Assembly (NCBI GenBank): GCA_047946875.1
Contig: CP181398.1
Span: 841,041 to 905,040 of the forward strand
Direction: 5' to 3'
Length of the DNA: 64,000 nucleotides
Source: Candidatus Kerfeldbacteria bacterium
GTDB taxonomy: Bacteria; Patescibacteriota; Patescibacteriia; UBA10025; JAHIVO01
The position numbers and the translations under genes were made by a program. The notes below the pieces were generated by a model, which worked only from the letters and a program-made list of their open reading frames with translations, was not told the DNA's origin and made no database searches. Positions 10,509 to 19,601 of the stretch are shown in pieces. Position 1 is the stretch's first letter. Every line of letters starts with the position of its first letter.

Positions 10509-11726
10509 CTATTTAAATAATTTCTTAACTTTGATAAGAGCTCTTACCAATTTTTTAATATCTTCTTCTGTATTATAAAGATAAAAACTTGCCCTAGTCG
10601 TTGCCTCAATACCTAAACTCTGATGAAGAGGTTGAGCACAATGATGGCCAGCTCTAATCGCAATATTTAACTCATCTAACATCGTTGCCATATCATGAGG
10701 ATGAATATCATCTAATGTAAAAGCAAAAACCGCTCCTCTATCTTTACTTTCTTTAGGCCCCATAATTTTTAGACCCTCTACTTTAGATAATTCTCTTAAT
10801 GCAATTTTGGTAATTTTCTGTTCATGCTTAAATATATTTTTCATACCAATTGAATTAAGATAATCAATTGCTGAACCAAATCCAATAACACCTTCAATAT
10901 TAGGAGTACCTGCTTCAAACTTAAATGGAATTTCATTCCACTCTGCTTCTTTGTGTGTAACATGAGCTATCATACTGCCACCAGTAAGAAATGGGTTCAT
11001 ACTTTCTAATATCTCTTCTTTAGCGTATAAAATTCCTACACCACTTGGTGCTAACATCTTATGTGGAGAAAAAGCATAGAAATCTGCATCAAGATCTGTA
11101 ACATCAACCGGAAAATGAGGCGCCGCTTGTGCTCCATCTACCATTACCTTAATACCTTTTTTATGTGCCTTGGTAACAATCTTTTTAATTGGATTAATTG
11201 TACCCAAAACATTAGACATATGAGTAATAGCTAAAAGCTTTACTTTGCTAGTTAACATTTTATCTAGCTTAACCATGTCCAATCGTCCATTACTCTTAAC
11301 AGGTACATATTTAATAATTGCTTTTTTTTGTTTAGCTAATTCACGCCAAGGTAATAAATTTGCGTGATGTTCCATCTCTGTTACTAAGATCACGTCCCCT
11401 TTTTTAATATGTTGATAACCCCAAGTAAAAGCTAAAAGATTAATACTCTCAGTTGTATTTTTTGTAAATACAATTTCTCTTTCACTACTAGTATTAATAA
11501 ATTTTGCAACTTTTTCTCTTGTTTGTTCATAAAGCTCTGAGGATTCTTCAGATAGTTTATAAATGCCACGATGTACGTTTGCATAATATTTTTCATAAAC
11601 TTCTTTGACCGCATCAATCACTACTTTTGGTTTCTGCGTACTAGCTCCAGAGTCTAAAAAAACTAACCCAGAATTATTTTTAAAAATTGGAAAATCTTTT
11701 TTTATACCTTTATCAATTTTTCTCAT
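10509..11726 (-). CDS. sufS: Cysteine desulfurase SufS (class V aminotransferase)
   Basis: HHANLLPW, PLP-lysine region FSPHKMLAPSGVGILY, and the active-site Cys loop RAGHHCAQPL. Confidence 0.9.
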   Translation of the reverse strand: MRKIDKGIKKDFPIFKNNSGLVFLDSGASTQKPKVVIDAVKEVYEKYYANVHRGIYKLSEESSELYEQTREKVAKFINTSSEREIVFTKNTTESINLLAFTWGYQHIKKGDVILVTEMEHHANLLPWRELAKQKKAIIKYVPVKSNGRLDMVKLDKMLTSKVKLLAITHMSNVLGTINPIKKIVTKAHKKGIKVMVDGAQAAPHFPVDVTDLDADFYAFSPHKMLAPSGVGILYAKEEILESMNPFLTGGSMIAHVTHKEAEWNEIPFKFEAGTPNIEGVIGFGSAIDYLNSIGMKNIFKHEQKITKIALRELSKVEGLKIMGPKESKDRGAVFAFTLDDIHPHDMATMLDELNIAIRAGHHCAQPLHQSLGIEATTRASFYLYNTEEDIKKLVRALIKVKKLFK

Positions 11727-12385
11727 AAAGTTATATTACTTGGTAATTTATCAAATATGGGTTGAAAAAAGCCATCTATTATCATTTTCTTGGCTTGTGA
11801 ATTACTTACTCCTCGACTGGTCAAATAGAATAATTGATCTTCATCGATTTTACCAGTAGTTGAGCCATGTGAAGCTTTTACATCATTTGCCTCTATCTCA
11901 AGATTAGGAATAGAAACACCCATACCCTGATCTAATAATAATACATTATCAGTAAAATAGGAATTAGTTCCTTGAGCTTTTTTATCAATCTTAATAAGCC
12001 CAATAAATTTGCCTATACTTTTATTAGTATATACCCCTTTGATTAATATACCCCCCGTTGTATTTTTAGCTTTATGATTCATAGTAATATCAAAACCGTG
12101 TCTATTATCTGCATTACCATAAAAAGCATAATATACATTTGCCTTTGCACCATTACCAATTAATTCAACTAATACTTTTGTATCCATCTGCTTAACATTA
12201 TGGATATAATTAATGATAGTAAAGGTTGCTTTTGAATCTACTTTTACTTTAATATTGGCTGGATTATTTTTTAAAATTAATAAAGATTCTGCTTCTTTTC
12301 TGACAATAATATTAAAATCCTTAAATTCTTTATTATCTTTTATTAAATTATATATTTCATTTTTTGAAATAACCATTCGTTTCAT
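11723..12385 (-). CDS. sufD: SufD-like Fe-S assembly protein (short form)
   Basis: C-terminal SufB/SufD beta-helix signature GKIDEDQLFYLTSRGVSNSQAKKMIIDGF. Confidence 0.7.
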   Translation of the reverse strand: MKRMVISKNEIYNLIKDNKEFKDFNIIVRKEAESLLILKNNPANIKVKVDSKATFTIINYIHNVKQMDTKVLVELIGNGAKANVYYAFYGNADNRHGFDITMNHKAKNTTGGILIKGVYTNKSIGKFIGLIKIDKKAQGTNSYFTDNVLLLDQGMGVSIPNLEIEANDVKASHGSTTGKIDEDQLFYLTSRGVSNSQAKKMIIDGFFQPIFDKLPSNITL

Positions 12386-12386
12386 A

Positions 12387-13787
12387 TTATCCTACACTCC
12401 CTTCCATTTCCAATTCTATTAATCTATTTAATTCTACTGCATATTCTACTGGAAGTTCTTTGGCAATTGGTTCTATAAAACCAGCTACAATCATACTCAT
12501 AGCTTCTGTTTCTGATAAACCACGACTCATCAGATAAAATAATTGATCTTCACCAACCTTACCCACACTAGCTTCATGACCAACTTGTACATCTGGCTCT
12601 CTTATTTCCATAGTTGGATATGTATCTGATCTAGCATATCTATCCAATAGCAAAGCGTCACAAACTACATTTGATTTACATCCTTTCATGCCTTTAGGTA
12701 TTTTAACCATCCCACGATATGAAGTACGACCTGTCTCTTTCGAAATAGATTTACTAACTATGGAAGATGAGGTTTCTGGAGCACCATGGATCGCTTTAGC
12801 CCCAGCATCTTGATGCTGACCTTTACCGGCAAATGCGATAGACAATACCTCTCCTCTAGCTTTACGGCCAAGTAAGTAGACTGAAGGATATTTCATTGTT
12901 AACTGACTGCCTAGATTTCCATCAACCCATTCCATCGTCCCTTCCTCATGTACAAAAGTTCTCTTAGTAACCAGATTATATACATTCTTAGACCAATTTT
13001 GTACAGTAGTATATCTGACTCTGGCGCCTTTCTTCACAATTATCTCCACTACAGCGGAATGTAATGATCCAGAAGAATAAACAGGAGCAGTACAACCTTC
13101 TACATAATGAACTAAACTACCTGGCTCTGCCACAATTAAAGTTCGTTCAAATTGACCAGCCTTTTCTGCATTAATACGAAAATATGCTTGTAAAGGAAAT
13201 TCTACCTTTACTCCGGCAGGTACATAAACAAAACTACCTCCACTCCAGACAGAAGTATTTAGCGCAGAAAACTTATTATCACCAGCCGGGACTACAGTAC
13301 CAAAATATTTTTTTACTAGATCGGGATATTTACGTAATGCAGTATCCATATCAGTAAATATTACGCCAATTTTTTCCATCTTTGACTGTAAACTATGATA
13401 TACAGCCTCTGATTCATATTGAGCCATAACGCCAGTTAAATATTTTTGTTCATCTTTTACGATTCCTAATCTATCATAAGTATTACGAATATTCTTAGGC
13501 ACATCATCCCAACTTTTTGAAATTTTCTCCGTAGGTTTAAGATAATAATAAATTTCATCAAAGTTTAGTTGAGAGAGATCTCCACCCCAAGTTTGCATTT
13601 TCTTTTTTCGAAATATATCATAGGCCTTTAATCTTTCATCCAACATCCACTTTGGCTCATTTTTCATATAAGAGATATCTTGGACAGTTTTTTTATCTAA
13701 TCCTTTTTTTGCCTTATATAAATACTTAACGTCATCTGGACGCTCTTTTTCAGCTTGCTTATTAATATTTTTTAATTCTTGGTTCAT
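12387..13787 (-). CDS. sufB: Fe-S cluster assembly protein SufB
   Basis: 466 aa with [29 protein letters not shown] and conserved SufB core. Confidence 0.9.
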   Translation of the reverse strand: MNQELKNINKQAEKERPDDVKYLYKAKKGLDKKTVQDISYMKNEPKWMLDERLKAYDIFRKKKMQTWGGDLSQLNFDEIYYYLKPTEKISKSWDDVPKNIRNTYDRLGIVKDEQKYLTGVMAQYESEAVYHSLQSKMEKIGVIFTDMDTALRKYPDLVKKYFGTVVPAGDNKFSALNTSVWSGGSFVYVPAGVKVEFPLQAYFRINAEKAGQFERTLIVAEPGSLVHYVEGCTAPVYSSGSLHSAVVEIIVKKGARVRYTTVQNWSKNVYNLVTKRTFVHEEGTMEWVDGNLGSQLTMKYPSVYLLGRKARGEVLSIAFAGKGQHQDAGAKAIHGAPETSSSIVSKSISKETGRTSYRGMVKIPKGMKGCKSNVVCDALLLDRYARSDTYPTMEIREPDVQVGHEASVGKVGEDQLFYLMSRGLSETEAMSMIVAGFIEPIAKELPVEYAVELNRLIELEMEGSVG

Positions 13788-13790
13788 GTG

Positions 13791-14531
13791 TTATTTTATC
13801 CAATCATAGCCCTTCTTTTCTACCTGAGCTGCTAGAACTTCCTTTCCCGACTTTAATATTTTCCCATCTTTCATAATATGAACATAATCAGGTTTAATAT
13901 GATTCAATATTCTAAAATAATGAGTTATAATCAATATTCCCATTTTTTTGTTTTCCTTTTGAACTTTTTTTATACCTTCTGATACTGTTCTCAAAGCGTC
14001 AATATCTAGCCCGCTATCCGTCTCATCAAGTATGGCCAATTTTGGATTTAATACTGCTAGCTGGAGTATTTCTAACTTTTTCTTCTCACCCCCAGAGAAT
14101 CCTTCATTAAGAGAACGTTCTGCTAAGTCTTTTTTAATTTTTAACATTTTAATTTTGGTCTCGAAATATTTTGAAAATTCCAAAGGTGATAGTTTATCTT
14201 TTGGATGGAGATTATTATAAGCACTTCTTAAAAAATGAGGTACAGACAATCCAGGGACTTCTACCGGATATTGGAAAGATAAAAATATCCCTAACTTTGC
14301 TCGATCTTCAGGAGACATATTTTTGATATTTTTACCCTGAGATTTAATCACACCAGAAATAACATGAAAACTTGGATGACCCATAATAGTAGAAGCCAAG
14401 GTTGACTTACCAGAACCATTTGGTCCCATCAGAGCATGTATCTCGCCTGGCTTAATATCTAGATCAAGCCCTTTAATAATATTCTTTTTTCCAATATTTA
14501 TTTTTATTTTTTTAATTTCTAATAATTTCAT
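13791..14531 (-). CDS. sufC: Fe-S cluster assembly ATPase SufC
   Basis: Walker A GPNGSGKSTL and an ABC signature region. First gene of the suf cluster. Confidence 0.9.
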   Translation of the reverse strand: MKLLEIKKIKINIGKKNIIKGLDLDIKPGEIHALMGPNGSGKSTLASTIMGHPSFHVISGVIKSQGKNIKNMSPEDRAKLGIFLSFQYPVEVPGLSVPHFLRSAYNNLHPKDKLSPLEFSKYFETKIKMLKIKKDLAERSLNEGFSGGEKKKLEILQLAVLNPKLAILDETDSGLDIDALRTVSEGIKKVQKENKKMGILIITHYFRILNHIKPDYVHIMKDGKILKSGKEVLAAQVEKKGYDWIK

Positions 14532-14534
14532 ATT

Positions 14535-15095
14535 TTATTTTTTTAAATAATTACATTCTACTTGAAACTTACATTCTACGCAGACAGGCTCTTCAGTTTT
14601 TAAATCATCTGTTAGATGACCACAAGCTATACAGAACAATTCAGGTATTATTTTCTTTGGATGAGAATCTTTTTGACAATGTTTACACAAACCACGAATT
14701 TCATAATTCTCTGAACGAATATAAAATTTATTTTTGCTAGCAATATCCTTTAATCCTCTAATTAAAGGCACGTCTTTTGAATCTTTAATTTCTTCGATAC
14801 CATGGCATTTTTCACAAACAAAATGTACATGACTATCAACACGCGATTCGAAATGAGTCACCTTATCAACTATAAATTGTTTTAATAATCCATGATCTGC
14901 TAAAAAACTCAAATTTCGATAAACCGTAGCCAAGCTGATATTCTTTAATCTCTTTTTAACTCCTTTATATACATTCTCAGCATTAGGATGTACATGATTT
15001 TTTCTTACCCAATCTAAAATAACTAACCTTTGCTTGGTTAATCTATAATCTTTTTTAGCAACTTTATCCTCTTTTTTTAATACTTTTTTTGACAT
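14535..15095 (-). CDS. Fur-family metalloregulator (Fur/PerR-like) with extra C-terminal Cys-rich zinc-ribbon-like extension
   Basis: Winged-helix region (LATVYRNLSFLADHGLL), then the Fur dimerisation domain with HFVCEKCHG, then an additional ~50 aa with CKHC...CIAC...CVEC. Start set at MSKKVLKK (15095) because an AAGGAA RBS lies 8 nt upstream. The ORF track starts at 15125. Confidence 0.7.
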   Translation of the reverse strand: MSKKVLKKEDKVAKKDYRLTKQRLVILDWVRKNHVHPNAENVYKGVKKRLKNISLATVYRNLSFLADHGLLKQFIVDKVTHFESRVDSHVHFVCEKCHGIEEIKDSKDVPLIRGLKDIASKNKFYIRSENYEIRGLCKHCQKDSHPKKIIPELFCIACGHLTDDLKTEEPVCVECKFQVECNYLKK

Positions 15096-15110
15096 TGAAT
15101 ATTCCTTATT

Positions 15111-15129
15111 GATAATGATTCGCAATAAT
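15111..15129. promoter_or_regulatory. Fur-box-like operator (GATAATGATTCGCAATAAT) in the fur/NUDIX divergent promoter region
   Basis: 13/19 match to the GATAATGATAATCATTATC Fur-box consensus, with a perfect GATAATGAT half-site, 16-34 nt upstream of the fur start. Confidence 0.4.
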
Positions 15130-15269
15130 AATTCTACTACCCTATTCTATTTTTGTCAATAAATCATAAATACTATTATTCATTAAAGAGTAAATTGACA
15201 AATAAATACACTATGATAAAGTACCGAAATAAGAAATATATAAGCTCTTTTCATTTAGAGGGTAATAAT

Positions 15270-15818
15270 ATGGTAATAAAAAAACCAACTGTTTTAACAG
15301 TCTGCTACCCAATAGTTAATAATAGAATTTTGCTTGGAAAAAAGAAAAGAAACATTAAAGCAAGACATTATGTCTATGGGGTTGGATTATTTAATGGTTT
15401 TGGTGGTCATCAAGAATCAGATGAAACAATCATTCAAACTGCAAAACGAGAACTCGAAGATGAGTCTGGCTTAATAGCTACCGAACTAACCAAGGTCGGA
15501 GTCGTACTAATTGTCTACAAAGATAGTGATAAAATGATTGAGTTACATTTTTTTACAACAAAAACTTTTAAAGGTGTGGTAAAAGAATCAAATGAGATGC
15601 GTCCTGTCTGGTGTAACATTGATAGATTGCCACTATCTGAAATGTGGCCCAACGACTCATATTATATGGATATGATTATAACAAACCAGAAATTTATTGG
15701 GTACTTCATTCTCAATAATCCTGATGATAAAAAAATCCTATCCTATAATGTAAAACAAATTAAAACTCTACCCGAACATCTAAACCATGTACGATACCTA
15801 CGATCTTTGAACCTGTAA
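15270..15818 (+). CDS. NUDIX hydrolase (MutT-like)
   Basis: Nudix box GGHQESDETIIQTAKRELEDESGL. Start chosen at MVIKKPT (GAGGG RBS upstream) rather than the ORF-track start at 15153. Confidence 0.65.
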   Translation: MVIKKPTVLTVCYPIVNNRILLGKKKRNIKARHYVYGVGLFNGFGGHQESDETIIQTAKRELEDESGLIATELTKVGVVLIVYKDSDKMIELHFFTTKTFKGVVKESNEMRPVWCNIDRLPLSEMWPNDSYYMDMIITNQKFIGYFILNNPDDKKILSYNVKQIKTLPEHLNHVRYLRSLNL

Positions 15819-15875
15819 CTAATACTTACAGGTTTTTTTATATAAAAAAACGGTTCCATAAATTGAAACCGTTTA
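15812..15875. terminator. Bidirectional intrinsic terminator pair between the convergent NUDIX and phytoene-synthase-like genes
   Basis: cctgtaa...ttacagg + T7 (15812-15839) for the plus strand. aaacggtt...aaccgttt (15848-15874) followed by a U-run on the minus strand. Confidence 0.6.
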
Positions 15876-15883
15876 CAAACTTT

Positions 15884-16813
15884 CTATTGATTAAAGATGG
15901 ATACAACTTTAATAACTCTTGATTTTATTTCTTCTGGAGAAGGATTCATCTCGGCAGTTGTAAAATTACAACCAACTTGATCAATTCGCTCAAATATCTG
16001 CAGATAAAGACTGAAAAGAACTTCTAAACTAAGCAGATACCTAGGTTGCATTTCACTACCTACCCTATCTAACATCTGTCTAGATCCTATTCTGTAACCA
16101 TCGGCTAATTCCTGATATTTCTTTATCAATAGACGGAAATCATTATTAATTTTTCCATCTTTCGCCATCTTTCTTAGGATTGGTATAGTTAAGCCAAATT
16201 CAGCCAAAAAATCATCAGAAAAATAATTTAGACCATCATTATGATCTTCTTGAAAATCACGGATTATATGAACTAGATATGAGAATCTAGCTAAAGGTCT
16301 AGCCGTCTCCATAATATCAAAAGTTGGCTTAGTATAAATACTACCAGCATCATTAATACCACAAAGATGCATAAAAATTGCGCCTGGTGAGACAGCTGCC
16401 CCTTCCGTATATTTTAGAAAAACTGGGAAAGATTCAAAACCATTATTATCGATATCATATTTCATAGACTCGACTAATTTTTCCCATGGCCATATCGGAA
16501 GGTCAATCTTCTTCAACAAGTCTATTAGTTCTTGTTGATTTTTGTCAAATTGAAACTTGCCTTGGATAGCTAAGATCCACTGGCTTAACTTTGTATCAAT
16601 CAGGTCTCTAAGATGTGGTGGCACTTTGCCTTGATATTTCTCCTTAATATCATCAACAATGTTATCAATAATTCTCATTGATCTATAGCACAAGCGAAAT
16701 GCGTCCTGCCGTTCTTGGCTAAAAAAAATTGCCCCAATACCTAAGATCGGGCTCTTAGAAATAAACTCAAGTGTTAATTTTTCTAACACTTCATCTGAGT
16801 TAAATTGATCCAT
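15884..16813 (-). CDS. Squalene/phytoene synthase family (head-to-head trans-isoprenyl diphosphate synthase)
   Basis: Two Asp-rich regions matching the SQS/PSY signatures: SMRIIDNIVDDIKE (region II) and YLVHIIRDFQEDHNDGLNYFS (region IV). Confidence 0.55.
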   Translation of the reverse strand: MDQFNSDEVLEKLTLEFISKSPILGIGAIFFSQERQDAFRLCYRSMRIIDNIVDDIKEKYQGKVPPHLRDLIDTKLSQWILAIQGKFQFDKNQQELIDLLKKIDLPIWPWEKLVESMKYDIDNNGFESFPVFLKYTEGAAVSPGAIFMHLCGINDAGSIYTKPTFDIMETARPLARFSYLVHIIRDFQEDHNDGLNYFSDDFLAEFGLTIPILRKMAKDGKINNDFRLLIKKYQELADGYRIGSRQMLDRVGSEMQPRYLLSLEVLFSLYLQIFERIDQVGCNFTTAEMNPSPEEIKSRVIKVVSIFNQ

Positions 16814-16929
16814 CAGAACTCCTTTTTTGTTATATTAATGAACTAATATTTAAATAAACTTAACAATAATCAAGCTATGTGTCAATAAAAAAAGACCATA
16901 TAGACTATTGTATTTATTTTTTAAAATGC

Positions 16930-17160
16930 TATCATACATCTACCTTAACATCTTATGTATGAAGGAAACCGGTTAGAATCCGGTGCTGTCGCGCAACTGT
17001 ACTCCATAATTTTTATGGTAAGCCAGGTCGATCATACATAATTATCTTGCATATTTATTTCATAATATGCATTCTCTTCGCGTAAAAAGAGATGGGTAAT
17101 TGTTTATACAATTATGGTCGTCCAAATCCTTGTACTCGAAGTTAAGGATTTTTTTATAAA
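16930..17160 (+). promoter_or_regulatory. Cobalamin (AdoCbl) riboswitch with terminator-type expression platform
   Basis: GGAAACCGGTTAGAATCCGGTGCTGTCGCGCAACTGTA matches the cobalamin riboswitch core. AAGCCAGG B12-box-like segment. Terminator hairpin aatcctt...aaggatt + T7 at 17123-17157, just upstream of the DUF4430 gene. Confidence 0.7.
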
Positions 17161-17175
17161 CTAATTTTAACAAAT

Positions 17176-17613
17176 ATGAAAAACAATATAACAAAAATTA
17201 TTGTAGGGACAATTATTTTGGCTATCATAATTATTGGTATGGCATTAATTCAAAACAATGACAATAATACTAATACAAACATTGATAACACTAATACAAC
17301 CGTTACAGAGGAAATTACAATATCTACTACTATAGATAGCGGAGAAACTACTAATACCTATGATAAAAAAATATCTACAGATTCTACTGCCTTAAATGTT
17401 CTGAATCTTATTGCCGATGAAGATGATATTATCTTAGGAACAAGCACTACAGATTTTGGAGTTCTAATAAATTCTATCGATAGTATTGGAGAAGACGCTG
17501 ATGATGGTAAATATTGGTCATTTTACGTTAACGATGAAATGGCTAGTGTTGGAGTAGCTGACTACATAGTTAGTAATAATGATATAATTTTAATGAAATA
17601 CCAAGCTTTCTAA
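17176..17613 (+). CDS. DUF4430-family (transcobalamin-like) membrane-anchored B12-binding protein
   Basis: N-terminal TM anchor. C-terminal YWSFYVNDEMASVGVADYIVSNNDIILMKY matches the DUF4430 signature. Immediately downstream of the cobalamin riboswitch. Confidence 0.6.
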   Translation: MKNNITKIIVGTIILAIIIIGMALIQNNDNNTNTNIDNTNTTVTEEITISTTIDSGETTNTYDKKISTDSTALNVLNLIADEDDIILGTSTTDFGVLINSIDSIGEDADDGKYWSFYVNDEMASVGVADYIVSNNDIILMKYQAF

Positions 17614-17624
17614 ACTACTATTAA

Positions 17625-17670
17625 AAAAACTCGTTATTACTAAGCAATAGCGGGTTTTTTTATACCTACA
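17625..17670 (+). terminator. Probable intrinsic terminator after the DUF4430 gene
   Basis: AAAAAAACTCG...CGGGTTTTTTT imperfect A/U-tract hairpin followed by a T-run. Confidence 0.4.
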
Positions 17671-17745
17671 TATTGACATATTAATATTTTTTTGATAGTA
17701 TTAATAATTATAAAAAACAATAACAAAAATAAATACGGAGGTTAA

Positions 17746-18033
17746 ATGGAGTTCAACGCGAAATCACGGAAGCTATTCAAAAAAGTCATTGATGAATATA
17801 ATGACAACCAACGCACCTTAATACTAAACGGGCATACAGAGGAAGAACCTTTTCAATTATACCCAATCAAAAATTCTGAGTTAGAGAAACCAGATGATAT
17901 TTTTGGGATTAATGATGCATCACGAATTAGTCGCATCATTACGACTAAAGAAGCTATTCAGCTCAAGGATGACCCCAATTGTGATAACAGTACTGTTATT
18001 AATTTCTTCCTTAGTTCCATCGGTGCTATCTAG
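17746..18033 (+). CDS. Small hypothetical protein
   Basis: 95-aa ORF with GGAGG RBS 8 nt upstream. The terminator hairpin tagcg...cgcta + T7 lies at 18047-18091. Confidence 0.45.
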   Translation: MEFNAKSRKLFKKVIDEYNDNQRTLILNGHTEEEPFQLYPIKNSELEKPDDIFGINDASRISRIITTKEAIQLKDDPNCDNSTVINFFLSSIGAI

Positions 18034-18091
18034 CACCAAATACAAAATTATTAATAGCGTCTAAGTTTAAATCTATGGCGCTATTTTTTTA

Positions 18092-19597
18092 TTATTTCTT
18101 TTTGATAGTAAAAATTTTCTTTTTCTTTAAAGCTTCTAATGCTAGAACTATTCTATCATTATTTTGAGCATAAAGAGTATAGAGCCTTCCACCTTTTCTA
18201 ATTTTTTGACCTAACCTTTTATTAATATAAATACCGGCTAATTGCTCATGTGGCGCTCCTAATATTCTAGCAATTTTATCTACCATATCATCATCTATAC
18301 CAACTATAGTACCAGTAGCTGGCGAATGATATCGATGACGAATTGCAGCCATAGTCAAATCTTCTGAATCAATATTTACTTTACCGCCTTGTTCTCTTAT
18401 AATATCTTTCATCTTCTCCCAAGCTTTACCAGAAGTAAGTGCTTCAACTGCCAACATATGTCCCTGTCCTGGTTTAGCTTTGCCAGTTAATTCTAATAAT
18501 TTTGCGGAAAGCTTAATACTTTTGTTTTGCAAATCTGATGGTCGATAATCTTTTTGCTGTAATACACGTAGCACATCCCTTGCTTCCAAAGATGGTCCTA
18601 TGCCACGTCCCACTGGTTCCCTAGTATCTGTCAAAACAGTTTCTATTTTAATATTGAATCTCTTAGCTAAATATTCAAACTTTTCTTTAACACGTAAAGC
18701 AATTTTTTTACTAGTCAATTTTACTGTTGGACCATATGGCAAGTCAATGACTAAATGAGTTATTCCCATAGCAACTTTCTTGGCCATAATACTAACTACC
18801 ATTTTATCCATTGGTTCTAGTGCTAAAGAATGTTGTACTCTAATAATATAATCATCAGCAGGAGCTAAACGAAAACTACCACCCCAAATCAAACAACAAT
18901 TAATTTTTTTAATTATTTCTCTAACCCTATCAAACTTTATTGCTACTGGCGCTAAAACCTCCATAGTGTCAGCTGTACCGGCTGGTGAGGTAATAGCTCT
19001 AGACGAAGTTTTTGGGATAAATACCCCAAGAGAAGCAACTATCGGGACAACCACCATCGTAGTACGATTACCTGCTACTCCGCCTACTGAATGTTTATCC
19101 GCAACTACCTTGCTCGGTAATTTCAGCATTTCTCCAGTTTCTGCCATTGCTTTAGTCATATAATAAAGTTCTTCATTTGAAAATTCATCCACAAAACTCG
19201 AGGCAACAAAATAAGTTGTTTCTACTTTACTTAATTTATGATCAACAATATCTTGAATAATTGAGTGCATCTCTTCATATGATAGACTTTTACCTAATAA
19301 TTTTTTTCGAATTGCTTCAATAGAAGGTGGTCGTGACAACACCTTTATAGATATCGGTTCACCTTGTTTTACCTTTCGAAATTTCCAAATCTCCCTAAAT
19401 ATACCAATTTCACCCTTATTAACTTTCTTACGTGTGTAATAAGCAACTACCACAGCTTTATTCTTACCCCAGCGAATCTCAACCCTGTCTCCCATAACAA
19501 TACCAAAAGTTTTTGCTTCTTTCTCTTGAAGAACTACTACCCACGGTTGCTCCCCAGATTGAAAATCTAATTTTTTAGCATGAAGAAAAAATGGCAT
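18092..19597 (-). CDS. AMP phosphorylase (archaeal-type thymidine phosphorylase family, DeoA-like)
   Basis: ~80-aa N-terminal extension typical of AMP phosphorylases. Phosphorylase core DKHSVGGVAGNRTT...KTSSRAITSPAGTADTME. 501 aa. Confidence 0.65.
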   Translation of the reverse strand: MPFFLHAKKLDFQSGEQPWVVVLQEKEAKTFGIVMGDRVEIRWGKNKAVVVAYYTRKKVNKGEIGIFREIWKFRKVKQGEPISIKVLSRPPSIEAIRKKLLGKSLSYEEMHSIIQDIVDHKLSKVETTYFVASSFVDEFSNEELYYMTKAMAETGEMLKLPSKVVADKHSVGGVAGNRTTMVVVPIVASLGVFIPKTSSRAITSPAGTADTMEVLAPVAIKFDRVREIIKKINCCLIWGGSFRLAPADDYIIRVQHSLALEPMDKMVVSIMAKKVAMGITHLVIDLPYGPTVKLTSKKIALRVKEKFEYLAKRFNIKIETVLTDTREPVGRGIGPSLEARDVLRVLQQKDYRPSDLQNKSIKLSAKLLELTGKAKPGQGHMLAVEALTSGKAWEKMKDIIREQGGKVNIDSEDLTMAAIRHRYHSPATGTIVGIDDDMVDKIARILGAPHEQLAGIYINKRLGQKIRKGGRLYTLYAQNNDRIVLALEALKKKKIFTIKKK

Positions 19598-19601
19598 ATT
19601 T

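Noticed and set aside
11432-11859. ORFs 11432..11617 (-) and 11605..11859 (+)
   Set aside because: They are internal to or antisense of sufS and sufD and have no independent support.
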